From: Vulcanimicrobiales bacterium
Lineage (GTDB): Bacteria > Vulcanimicrobiota > Vulcanimicrobiia > Vulcanimicrobiales > Vulcanimicrobiaceae
Assembly: GCA_038215615.1 (NCBI GenBank)
Contig: JBBQQR010000008.1
Span: 15,946-79,945, forward strand
Length of the DNA stretch: 64,000 bases
Direction of reading: 5' to 3'
The notes under the pieces: generated by a model
The model's database searches: none
Seen by the model: only the letters and a program-made list of their open reading frames with translations
Told to the model about the DNA's origin: nothing
Made by a program: the position numbers and the translations under genes
Part shown: piece after piece, positions 30,600 through 39,901 of the stretch
Layout of the letters: each line of letters begins with the position of its first letter
How positions within the stretch are numbered: position 1 is the first letter of the stretch

Positions 30600-31499
30600 A
30601 TGCCCGCCGCAATGGGCCGCAGGCTTCTATTCCTTACGATCGCGTTGTTGTTGGCGCTGTTCGTCGCGTGGGCCCTGTTCGGTCAAATGTACCGCATGCC
30701 ACGCCGCCCGGTGGTCTTGCGCGACGCCGTCAGGACCACGGCGCCGATCGAGCCGCCGTCCGCAACGCTTTCGCCGTCAACCCAGACGCCCGGAGCAACC
30801 ACAGCGCCCGCGGCGCCCGCGGCGCCCGCGACGCCGGCCGGAACCGTAACGGTCGCGATTATCATCGACGACTGCGGCCAGTGGCCCGTCACCGAGCGTG
30901 GTTTTCTGGCGCTGCCGATTCCACTGACGCTTTCGATTCTGCCGCACGTTCCTTACACAGCACAGATCGCAAACGACGCGGTTGCGGCCGGCAAAGGCAT
31001 CATGCTGCATCTGCCGATGGAGCCGCTCGGACGCGACACGGCCGGCCCCGGCGAGATCACGGCCGCAATGAACGACGCGCAGATCACCTCAACGACGCAG
31101 GACGACATCGCGCAAGTTCCCGCGGCCCGCGGGCTCAATAATCACGAAGGCAGCAAAGCGAGCGCCGACAGCCGCGTGATGAAAGACGTGATCGCAGTGG
31201 TCAAAGACCACGGACTCTTCTTCATTGACTCAAGGACCAACGCACAGAGCGTCGCTGCGCAAACGGCTCGGGACGCCGGCGTTGCGGAGGCGTCGCGAGA
31301 CGTGTTCCTGGACAATCGTGCGGATGAAGCCCACACCGAGCAGATGCTTGAGCAAACTGTCGAGTTCGCAAAACGCGTCGGCTCCGCGATAGCGATCGGC
31401 CATCCTCGACCCACGACGCTCGCCGCGCTCGCCGCGTTCTATCCGAAAATGCAAGCCGAAGGCGTGCGGTTCGTACTCGCTTCTGAATTGGCGCGCTAG
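30600..31499 (+). CDS. Divergent polysaccharide deacetylase (YibQ-like)
   Basis: N-terminal TM, Pro/Ala linker, IIIDDCG, HLPMEP, NNHEGS, RDVFLDN and AIGHP motifs. Confidence 0.92.
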   Translation: MPAAMGRRLLFLTIALLLALFVAWALFGQMYRMPRRPVVLRDAVRTTAPIEPPSATLSPSTQTPGATTAPAAPAAPATPAGTVTVAIIIDDCGQWPVTERGFLALPIPLTLSILPHVPYTAQIANDAVAAGKGIMLHLPMEPLGRDTAGPGEITAAMNDAQITSTTQDDIAQVPAARGLNNHEGSKASADSRVMKDVIAVVKDHGLFFIDSRTNAQSVAAQTARDAGVAEASRDVFLDNRADEAHTEQMLEQTVEFAKRVGSAIAIGHPRPTTLAALAAFYPKMQAEGVRFVLASELAR

Positions 31500-32210
31500 T
31501 TAGGCGCTCGAACTCGCGGTGCGCACCATCGTGAACGTGCAGTCGTCGGCTCCGAGATGGTGCACCTTGCCGGCTATTTTTCCGTCGCTTAGGTCACCGG
31601 TCATCTGCATATTATCAGCCCAGTCGGCGGGGCGGAGCGTCAGCGTCATCGTCGTGCCGCTGAATTGACCGCCGACGACCACCGGGGTCAGCGGATCGTT
31701 TCGCACCATGCCCGTTAGCGCGCCGTTGGCGCCTTGCATCAAATCGAGCGTACTCTGCCAGCCGCTCCCAACGAACTTGCAGTCCGATGTGAGCTGCCAG
31801 GTGCCGCCCGCCCCAGTCGCGGTCGCGCCACCTCCTCCGGCACTCGGGCTGGATGCAAAGAAGGCCGCGTTGATCGCATTGCCGACGCTCAGAGCACTCT
31901 TAGAGCCGTCGTCGCTCATCACAACCAGTATGTAATAAAATCCCTTGGGCTGTCCGACGCAAAACGCCGTGACCGACACCGATCCGAAAGTGGCGTCCAG
32001 GTAGGCCGGGTTCGTTCCGCCGACGTGCGCTCCGAAGCCTTGAGTTGCCATCGCGGCTTGCGCGCGTTTTACGCAATCGCTAAAAGGCGTCGGCTTGGGA
32101 TCGTTGGCCGTTGAGAAAAACCATCTGCCGTAATCCACCGCGAGCGCGGGCGCTGCGGCGAGCATCGCGAACGCGGCCGAGGCGATCAAAGTACGGCGGA
32201 AAAACATCAT
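31500..32210 (-). CDS. Secreted two-domain hypothetical protein
   Basis: Signal peptide from ATG 32210 (RR..ALA), Gly/Ser linker, C-terminal beta domain. Confidence 0.65.
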   Translation of the reverse strand: MMFFRRTLIASAAFAMLAAAPALAVDYGRWFFSTANDPKPTPFSDCVKRAQAAMATQGFGAHVGGTNPAYLDATFGSVSVTAFCVGQPKGFYYILVVMSDDGSKSALSVGNAINAAFFASSPSAGGGGATATGAGGTWQLTSDCKFVGSGWQSTLDLMQGANGALTGMVRNDPLTPVVVGGQFSGTTMTLTLRPADWADNMQMTGDLSDGKIAGKVHHLGADDCTFTMVRTASSSA

Positions 32211-32295
32211 GAGACCGTCTCCTAAAGCAGCTCTGTCGGTTGGCGTGGTCCTTCGGCTGCGGGGCCTGGCGGCCCCGCCAAAGAACGGCGCTGCG

Positions 32296-32973
32296 ATGCG
32301 TCTCTTAGTAGTCGAGGACGATCCGCGCCTCCGTGACGTGTTGCGGCGCGGCCTCACGGAGCAAGGACACATCGTCGACGAAAGCCCCGACGGTGACGAC
32401 GCCGAGCAGGTGGCTTCGTCGCCCATTTATGACGCAATTCTTCTGGACGTCAACCTTCCCAAACGGAGCGGCCTCGACGTGCTGCGCTCGCTGCGTCGGC
32501 AACAATTTCAGACGCCGGTACTCGTGCTGACCTCGCGCGACACCGCCGAAGATATCATTGAAGGCCTCGATGCCGGCGCCGACGATTACCTGCGCAAACC
32601 GTTCGTCTTCGGCGAACTGGAAGCGCGCCTTCGCTCGATCACGCGCCGCCGTCTGCCGGTCGAAACGACCAATGCCGAACTCCGCTCGGGCGACGTGGTT
32701 CTCGACTTGCGAACTCGCGTTGCACGGCGAGGCGAGCGGCGCATTGATCTAACAGCTCGTGAGAGCGCGTTCTTGGAGTATTTTCTGCGCAATGCCGGCA
32801 TCGTCGTAACTCGGCACGCGATCGAGGACGCCATGTTCGATCGCGCAAGCGAGGCGACATCGAATGTGGTGGACGTCTACGTCAGCCGGTTGCGTTCGAA
32901 ACTCGCAATCGACGGCGAATCACCGGTGCTGCAGACCGTGCGCGGCGCGGGCTACCGGTTCGGTGCCCAATGA
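32296..32973 (+). CDS. OmpR-family response regulator
   Basis: MRLLVVEDD, LLDVNLP, GADDYLRKPF and TVRGAGY motifs; ATG at 32296. Confidence 0.95.
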   Translation: MRLLVVEDDPRLRDVLRRGLTEQGHIVDESPDGDDAEQVASSPIYDAILLDVNLPKRSGLDVLRSLRRQQFQTPVLVLTSRDTAEDIIEGLDAGADDYLRKPFVFGELEARLRSITRRRLPVETTNAELRSGDVVLDLRTRVARRGERRIDLTARESAFLEYFLRNAGIVVTRHAIEDAMFDRASEATSNVVDVYVSRLRSKLAIDGESPVLQTVRGAGYRFGAQ

Positions 32974-34190
32974 CGCACACACGTGCGCTGCGCCTGCGTT
33001 TGATCGCCGTCTACGTCGGAGTACTTTTTGCGGGCCTCCTCTGTTTCGCCGCCGCTGCCGTTTTCGGAATCGACCGCAGCGAACGCGGGGCGCTCGATTC
33101 GCACTTGAGCGCCGCGGCGCGGGCGGTGAGCGCTCTCTTGGACCTGCGCAGCGGACAGCCGGCGATCGACCGCGACGATCGGCGCCAGTTCGTAACGGTG
33201 CTGGGCGCGCAAACCAGCGGGGTTGTAGTCAACGGTTCGCGCAAACTCGTTCTGTCGAACGTCTCGGTTCCCCCGGCCGCCTTGATGGACGCACCGGCTG
33301 CCACCGCCTCATTCATCACAACGGGAACCGGTGAGGCTGCGCTGCGCGCGTTCGTTCTCCCCATCACCAACAACGGAAGGCGGGTCGGCAAGATCGTCGT
33401 CTGGCGGCCGAACGATTGGATCGACGAGACGGATCGGGAAGCGGCCATCGCTTTTTTACTCGCGGCGCTCGTTATTGCGGCGCTCGCGTGGTTTGCGGGC
33501 AACGCCGTGACGCACCGCGCACTCGACGAAGTCGTCGCGCGCCAGCGCCGTTTTACGGCCGACGCATCGCACGACTTGCGCGCGCCGCTCGCCGTCATTC
33601 GCGCGGAATCCGATCTCGCCCTCACCAAGGAACGCGACGCCGATGCATACCGGCAGTCGCTCGCGGCGATCTCTCAGGAAGCCGACCGGATGGAATCGCT
33701 GATCGGCGATCTTCTCTCGATGGCGCGGGCGGACGCGGGTGCCCTCGAGATTGCGCGCGTCGATCTGAGCGAAATAACGCGCGAAGCCTGCACGCGCATC
33801 GCCGGCGCAGCGGCCGCAAAAATGGTGGAAATTGATTTCTCAGCTTCGGGAGTCACGCGAGTGGCCGGTAACGCCGCGGAATTGGAGCGAGCCGTGCTCG
33901 CCGTTCTGCATAACGCCCTGAAACACGCTCCGGCCGGCGGCCGGATCGAAGTTCGCGCCGCAGGCTCGGGCGGCACGGTCGAGGTGAGCGTCCGCGATAA
34001 CGGGCCGGGGTTTTCGCCCGAGGCGCTGGAGCATGGCCTCGAAAGGTTTTGGCGTGGCGACGCTTCGGGAGCCGGCAGCGGCTTAGGGCTGGCGGTCGCG
34101 GACTCGATCGCGCACGCCTTCGGCGGGAAAGTCGGGCTCTCGAACGCGGGAGGGCTGGCGGAAACACGGCTGAGCTTCCCGGCGTCATAG
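32970..34190 (+). CDS. Sensor histidine kinase
   Basis: Two TMs, H-box DASHDLRAPL, N-box NALKH, DNGPG and GSGLGL. Confidence 0.93.
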   Translation: MTHTRALRLRLIAVYVGVLFAGLLCFAAAAVFGIDRSERGALDSHLSAAARAVSALLDLRSGQPAIDRDDRRQFVTVLGAQTSGVVVNGSRKLVLSNVSVPPAALMDAPAATASFITTGTGEAALRAFVLPITNNGRRVGKIVVWRPNDWIDETDREAAIAFLLAALVIAALAWFAGNAVTHRALDEVVARQRRFTADASHDLRAPLAVIRAESDLALTKERDADAYRQSLAAISQEADRMESLIGDLLSMARADAGALEIARVDLSEITREACTRIAGAAAAKMVEIDFSASGVTRVAGNAAELERAVLAVLHNALKHAPAGGRIEVRAAGSGGTVEVSVRDNGPGFSPEALEHGLERFWRGDASGAGSGLGLAVADSIAHAFGGKVGLSNAGGLAETRLSFPAS

Positions 34191-34233
34191 ACCGTTCATG
34201 CTGTAGTAACATTCGGCGGGTATGCTGAGGCCC

Positions 34234-34545
34234 ATGAAAAACGCCCTAATCACGGCGCCGGCCTTAGTCTTCGCATTCACCCTCGGCGACGGAACCGCGG
34301 CCGCTTATCCCGGTCAGATGTACGCCAAACAGGCGACCATTACCATCAGTCAGGCGCGGGCGATCGCGCTCCGCGCGGTTCCCAATGGCAAGATCGTCGC
34401 ACAGGAACTTGAAAAAGAGTCCGGCGGCAGCCGCCTGCGCTACAGCTTCGATGTGAAGCTCGGCGGTAAGACGCGCGAAGTCGGCGTCGATGCAAAGACC
34501 GGAAAGATCCTCGAGAATATCGTCGAGGGCAAGAACCCGGACTAA
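34234..34545 (+). CDS. PepSY-domain secreted protein
   Basis: ITISQARAIAL..ELEKE..YSFDV..VDAKTGKIL pattern; alternative start 34222. Confidence 0.85.
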   Translation: MKNALITAPALVFAFTLGDGTAAAYPGQMYAKQATITISQARAIALRAVPNGKIVAQELEKESGGSRLRYSFDVKLGGKTREVGVDAKTGKILENIVEGKNPD

Positions 34546-34548
34546 GCG

Positions 34549-37500
34549 TTGCAGATTTCCTCGTTCGGCCTGCGTCACAGTAAAACGATTGCGTTCCTCG
34601 TGGCGATGCTCGCCGTCGTCGGCGTGTGGGCCTACGCCGTCACGCCCGCGAGCATTTTCCCCGACATGTCTTTCGCGCGAATCGACGTCGTCGTGGAAGC
34701 GGGCGACCTTCCGCCCGATCAGGTGCGCACGGCAGTCGCGGTTCCTTTAGAGAACGCGTTTCTGGGATTGCCGTCGGTCTCGCGGGTCACGGCGAATTCG
34801 GCGCAAGGCAGCGCCGAATTTTTGGTGACGTTCGATCCCAAGACCGATGCGCGCTTCGACCTGCAGTACGTGAACCAGGCCGTGGCGCAAGTGCGCGCGT
34901 CGATACCGGCGCTCACGAACGTCGAAGCCGTCATCGTAAATCCAAACAGTGAGCCGGTCGTTTCGTACGCCTTGGTCTCTCACTCGATGTCGCAAACGAT
35001 GCTGCGCGAGCTCGCGCAGCAGTCACTCCTTCCGGAGTTCTACGGCACACCCGGACTGGCGCGCATCCTCATGGTCGGCGGCCCGCAGCGCGAATATCAC
35101 GTCACGCTCGATCCGGCGGCGCTGGCGTCGCGCGGACTCACCGCGCAAGACGTCGCAAATGCGGTAGCCGGGGCGAACAACGTCAGCTCGCTCGGAGTCG
35201 CTCAGCAGTATTACCGGCGCAATGTCCTCGTGCTCGACGCCGGCGTCAAGAACGCGGCTGCGATCGCTTCTATCGTCGTTCCGGCGGGCGGACGGGCCGC
35301 CCCGGTGGCGGTGGGACAATTGGGCTCCGTAACGCTGGGTGTTGCGCCGTCAACGACGCAGGTGAGTTACGATGCGCAACATGCGGTCGCGCTCAATTTC
35401 TTCGGGTTGCCGGGTGCGGACGCGGTGAAAATGGCGGCTGGCATTAAAGCCAAGATGTCCGCGCTTTTAGCGCACTTGCCGGGAGACATCACCGTCTCAC
35501 GCTTCTGGGATCAGACCGATCTCGTCGTCGAATCTCAACGCAGCCTCCGCGACGCAATTCTCGCCGGTGCGTTTCTGGCAATTCTGGTCATCCTGGTCTT
35601 TCTTCGCAATCTTCGGATGACGCTCGTCGCCGCAATCGTTATTCCGATCGCTATGACTATTACGGTTTTCGTGATGAACCGCTTCGGCCAAACCCTGAAT
35701 TTGATGAGCGTGGGTGGCCTGGCGGTTGCCGTCGGTTTAATCATCGACGACGCTATCGTCGTCGTCGAAAACATTTCACGAAATTTTCGCGCCTATCCGG
35801 AGATGCGCAAAGCCGACGTTATCACGATCTCCATGGGCGAATTGGCGGCGCCGATGGCGGCCTCGACATTCACAACCGTCGTCGTGTTTGTCCCGCTGCT
35901 GCTGCTCACGGGCGTAAGCGGCTTCTTCTTCCGCGCGCTCGCGCTGACGCTGGCGGCTTCGCTCATCGTCTCACTGTGCCTAGCGCTGTTCGTCGCACCC
36001 ATTTTGGCCGCGAACCTCATACCGGAGAATACGCAGCATACCGAAGATACCGGCTTCATTGCCAGGCTGCTCGCGCGATACGAGCCACTGCTGCGCTGGG
36101 CATTGAGCCACCGCGCGGCGATGTACGGCGGATCGGTTGCCGTGCTGATCGTTACCGGGCTGCTGCTCGCGAAACTACCGAGCGACTTTCTTCCGCACCT
36201 CGACGAAGGCCAGTTCGAAATTAGATATGCTATGCCGGTCGGCACGACGCTCGAGGCAAGCGACACAGCTGCCACCACAATGGAACGCATCGCGCTGCGC
36301 GATCCGGCGATCGAGTCCGTCGGCCGTTTTACCGGGATCGATACCAATGGATTTTCACCCACGCAAGTGCGGCAAGGCACGATCCGCCTGCGCCTGCGCA
36401 CCGGTAGCCGTCCCTCCTACGAAGTCGTCAGCGAGCGGTTGCGCGATGCGTTTACAACCGCGATTCCGGCCGCGCAATTCAACTTCCATCAAATACTCGA
36501 GGACATGATCAACGACATGTCCGGCGCGCCTTCGCCGATTCAAATCACGGTGCGCGGCCCGGATCAAGACCTGCTGATCTCGCTGGCGAACCGGATCACC
36601 GATAGGATCGCCGGCGTGCCGGGACTTGCCGACGCGTTTTCGGGCGTCAGCTACGACGATCCGACTATGCGCATCTCACCTTACGGAGGACGTCTGGCAG
36701 CTTTGAATCTTACAGCCGCCGACTTAGGAAACGCGCTGCAGGCTTCCGCCCAGGGCGGTATCGCCACGAACGTGGCGGGCACGCTGGACCGCGTCCCGGT
36801 GCGCGTGAGTATGGTGAGGCCACCAGGTGGCGCGGCCGCGGGCCTGATCTCGACGCCGTCCGGCGTCGTGGCGCTGAACTCCGTCGCGCAGGTCGCTCCG
36901 AGCCGGCTCTCGACCGACATCAGCGAAATCAATGGCGCACGCGTGATTACGATCACGGCAAATTATGCCGGCGTCACACTTTCGTCGGTGATCGGCGGCG
37001 TCCAAAGAACCCTCCAAAGCATGTCGTTACCGCCCGGTTATTCGGCCAGCATTGGGGGCGCGTACGAAGCGCAGCAGCAATCGTTTCGCGAGTTCGCGCA
37101 GGTCGTACTCATGGCGATCGCACTGGTCTACTTCGTGATGCTGGCGGCATTCAGATCGTACCGGCTCCCGATGGTTATCCTCACCGCTATCCCGCTCGCG
37201 ATTATCGGCGTTGCTATCGCGCTGTTCGTCACGGGGACGCCGTTCAATGTCTCGTCCTTCATGGGAATACTGCTGCTCGTCGGTATCGTCGTAAAAAACG
37301 GCATCTTACTGATCGACGTAGCCAACAAACGCCGCCTGGAGGGCGCCAACGTGCACGACGCGCTCGTGGCTGCGGGACGAACGCGCCTGCGGCCGATCGT
37401 GATGACGACCTTCGCTGCGATCGGCGGTTTGCTGCCGCTCGCATTCGGCATCGGATCCGGTTCGGCGATGGAACAACCCTTGGCTATTGCCGTCATCGGC

Positions 37501-37584
37501 GGCCTTTCGACCGCCACCGCGTTTACACTGATCGTGATTCCCGTGCTGTACGCCGGATTTGCGGGAAAGAGCGCGCTCGAATGA
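34549..37584 (+). CDS. RND efflux permease (AcrB/CusA/CzcA superfamily)
   Basis: 1011 aa; GLIIDDAIVVVEN, GIVVKNGILL and RLRPIVMT motifs. Confidence 0.95.
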   Translation: MQISSFGLRHSKTIAFLVAMLAVVGVWAYAVTPASIFPDMSFARIDVVVEAGDLPPDQVRTAVAVPLENAFLGLPSVSRVTANSAQGSAEFLVTFDPKTDARFDLQYVNQAVAQVRASIPALTNVEAVIVNPNSEPVVSYALVSHSMSQTMLRELAQQSLLPEFYGTPGLARILMVGGPQREYHVTLDPAALASRGLTAQDVANAVAGANNVSSLGVAQQYYRRNVLVLDAGVKNAAAIASIVVPAGGRAAPVAVGQLGSVTLGVAPSTTQVSYDAQHAVALNFFGLPGADAVKMAAGIKAKMSALLAHLPGDITVSRFWDQTDLVVESQRSLRDAILAGAFLAILVILVFLRNLRMTLVAAIVIPIAMTITVFVMNRFGQTLNLMSVGGLAVAVGLIIDDAIVVVENISRNFRAYPEMRKADVITISMGELAAPMAASTFTTVVVFVPLLLLTGVSGFFFRALALTLAASLIVSLCLALFVAPILAANLIPENTQHTEDTGFIARLLARYEPLLRWALSHRAAMYGGSVAVLIVTGLLLAKLPSDFLPHLDEGQFEIRYAMPVGTTLEASDTAATTMERIALRDPAIESVGRFTGIDTNGFSPTQVRQGTIRLRLRTGSRPSYEVVSERLRDAFTTAIPAAQFNFHQILEDMINDMSGAPSPIQITVRGPDQDLLISLANRITDRIAGVPGLADAFSGVSYDDPTMRISPYGGRLAALNLTAADLGNALQASAQGGIATNVAGTLDRVPVRVSMVRPPGGAAAGLISTPSGVVALNSVAQVAPSRLSTDISEINGARVITITANYAGVTLSSVIGGVQRTLQSMSLPPGYSASIGGAYEAQQQSFREFAQVVLMAIALVYFVMLAAFRSYRLPMVILTAIPLAIIGVAIALFVTGTPFNVSSFMGILLLVGIVVKNGILLIDVANKRRLEGANVHDALVAAGRTRLRPIVMTTFAAIGGLLPLAFGIGSGSAMEQPLAIAVIGGLSTATAFTLIVIPVLYAGFAGKSALE

Positions 37585-38765
37585 TTGCAGCGGTCGTCCT
37601 CGCGGCTCTTTCACTCAGTACGGTACTCGACCGCGCCGTAACGGTCTCGCCCGACGTCACACAAGCGCGCGAACGGGTCAACGAGCAGGCCGCACTGCTC
37701 GCCGCCGCACATGCATCCGCCTCGCCCGCGATCACGGCAAACTACGCCCAGTCGCCGCAAGCCGGAAACAACAACGAAACGATCGCTCAGCGCTTGCTCA
37801 CGGTCGGCGGCCAGGTTACGCTGGGCGACTACTTTACGTACTCACCGGTCGTGCGGCAAGCGCAAGCAAACCTCGAAGCGGCGCAGTTCGATCTGCTGGA
37901 GTCGCAACGCACAGAGCGAGTCAAAACCAGCGGACTCTATTTTTCCACCCTAAGGGCGGGAGCCGAGCTGACTCTGCGCGACCAGCTCGTGGCCGGAGCG
38001 CAAAGCGACCTTCGCGCCGCCGAACTGCGTTACCACGCCGGCGACGCGCCGCGCCTCGACATCGTGCGGGCGCAAGTTTCGCTGGCGCGCGCCCAAGGGG
38101 ACCGCAACGCGGCTGCAACCGGCTTGCTCAACGCGCAGACGGCGTTGGCTATCGAGCTGGACGAGCCGGGGAAAATCGATCTTGCCTCAACGTTCTCCGC
38201 AGCCATGGCATCTGCCGATCCGCAAACTTTCGTCTTGCGGGCGCTCGCTCAACGCAGCGATCTCGCTTCCGCGGAGCGCGCCGTTGCGGCGGAGTCGGCG
38301 GCCGTCGGAGTCGCACAGCGCGCAAACATGCCGGCGATCGTGATTAATGCCGGCTATACCGCCGGGACGGACACGGGAATATTCGTCCGCGGTCCATCTG
38401 CGAACGTACAGCTAACGTTCCCGGTGTCGCGCGCGGCCGCAAGCCGGGCCGACGCCGAACGCGCGCGTCTCGCCCAAGCGCAAGCGCGAGTGCAATCGCT
38501 CCGCAAGACGATCTCCGTTGAGGTGGGGAACGCCGCGCGCACGTACACCGAAACTGTCCGCGCAACGCACATCGCAACACGCGCACGCATCGCAGCGCAG
38601 CAAGAACTGGCCGCGACTCAAACGGGATACCGCAGCGGAGCGAGTTCAAGTTTAGACGTGGCCGACGCCAGGCGGACATATGTCCAGGCCGCGCTCGACG
38701 AACTGACCGCCATGTACGCGCGGGCCCACGCGGCGGCAGCGCTGGAAGAGTTGCTAGGACCATGA
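37581..38765 (+). CDS. TolC-family outer membrane factor
   Basis: OEP-like repeats (RYHAGDAPRLD, GYRSGASSSLDV); within RND operon. Confidence 0.88.
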   Translation: MIAAVVLAALSLSTVLDRAVTVSPDVTQARERVNEQAALLAAAHASASPAITANYAQSPQAGNNNETIAQRLLTVGGQVTLGDYFTYSPVVRQAQANLEAAQFDLLESQRTERVKTSGLYFSTLRAGAELTLRDQLVAGAQSDLRAAELRYHAGDAPRLDIVRAQVSLARAQGDRNAAATGLLNAQTALAIELDEPGKIDLASTFSAAMASADPQTFVLRALAQRSDLASAERAVAAESAAVGVAQRANMPAIVINAGYTAGTDTGIFVRGPSANVQLTFPVSRAAASRADAERARLAQAQARVQSLRKTISVEVGNAARTYTETVRATHIATRARIAAQQELAATQTGYRSGASSSLDVADARRTYVQAALDELTAMYARAHAAAALEELLGP

Positions 38766-39901
38766 AAAGGCTGTCACTGCCGGCTGCCGTCTGCCTTTTG
38801 CTCGCAGGTGCCGCTTGCGCGCGCGGCACGAACGCACCGTCGAAATCGGCGTCGGCGGTCGCGCTTGCGACCGCCCGAATCGGCACGTTCGTAGAAACGC
38901 TTTCGGCGACCGGCCGGATCGGCGCGCCTGCGGGTGCGGTAACGAAACTCTCATTCGCCGTACCGGGCATTTTGACGAGTACGGTCGTCGCAATCGGCCA
39001 GCACGTCGGCGCAGGCCAAGCGTTGGCGCAACTCGACGTCAGCGGTCTTTCCCTCACGGCCTCCCAGACACAAGCCGACGCGAATGTCGCAGCTGCCAAC
39101 GCACAGCAATCGGCGGTCGACCGCACGAGCGCTAAGATCGCCGTCGACCGCGCCGCCGTGCAGCGCGCGCAATCGTTGTACGCTGCCGGCGTGGCGCCGC
39201 TCAAGGACGTACAGAGTGCGCGCGCGCAGCTCGCCGCCGATTTCGCCGAAGCGCAAACGGCAATAGCGCAAGTGCACTCGTCCGGAGCGCATGTGCAGAG
39301 CGCGCAGGCCCGAGCCGCATTGGCGCAGCGCGATCTTGCCAACGGCACGCTTCGCTCTCCCATCGATGGGGTCGTCACCGCAATCTATAAACGCCCGGGA
39401 GAGTCCGTGGATATGGCGACGCCGGTGATCGCCATCGCGCCGGGCAGCTCCGGTGACGTGACGCTCGACGTCACATCCGCCGATGCGGCGCGCGTACGTC
39501 CGGGCGACCGCGCGAGCGTCACCGTACCCGGAACCGGTCTGCAGACCGTGGGACGCGTTGCGGGCGTTTCTCCCGCTCTCGATCCGACGACGGAAGCAGC
39601 GACCGTTGTTGTGAGCGGAATCCCGAGCGGCGCGCCGGGCGGAAGCGCCGTTCAAGCAATCATAGAAGTCGCACGCGATCGCGGAATCATCATCCCGCAA
39701 AGCGCCATCGTGGAGGATCCGCAAACCGGCAAAACGCTCGTATTCGTACAAACGACGGGCAAAAACGGCGCCTCAACATTTGCGCAGCGCGACGTAGTCG
39801 TCGCGCAGCGGAACGGGTCGCAAGCGCTTATCGCAAGGGGGCTGCGCGCCGGCGAGCGCGTCGCGGCACAAGGCGGATTCGCACTGCTCTCACCTTTTTA
39901 G
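38762..39901 (+). CDS. RND membrane fusion (periplasmic adaptor) protein
   Basis: Lipobox-like AAC, lipoyl-like GQ.V.AGQ.LA.LD, LRSPIDGVV, GLRAGERV. Confidence 0.9.
   Translation: MKRLSLPAAVCLLLAGAACARGTNAPSKSASAVALATARIGTFVETLSATGRIGAPAGAVTKLSFAVPGILTSTVVAIGQHVGAGQALAQLDVSGLSLTASQTQADANVAAANAQQSAVDRTSAKIAVDRAAVQRAQSLYAAGVAPLKDVQSARAQLAADFAEAQTAIAQVHSSGAHVQSAQARAALAQRDLANGTLRSPIDGVVTAIYKRPGESVDMATPVIAIAPGSSGDVTLDVTSADAARVRPGDRASVTVPGTGLQTVGRVAGVSPALDPTTEAATVVVSGIPSGAPGGSAVQAIIEVARDRGIIIPQSAIVEDPQTGKTLVFVQTTGKNGASTFAQRDVVVAQRNGSQALIARGLRAGERVAAQGGFALLSPF

Noticed and set aside
30804..30830. Three tandem GCGCCCGCG repeats
   Set aside because: They encode an APA linker in the deacetylase; no spacers, so not CRISPR-like.
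32259..32278. GC-rich hairpin GCGGGGCC-TGGC-GGCCCCGC between divergent genes
   Set aside because: No T tract, wrong context for a terminator, and plausible by chance at this GC content.
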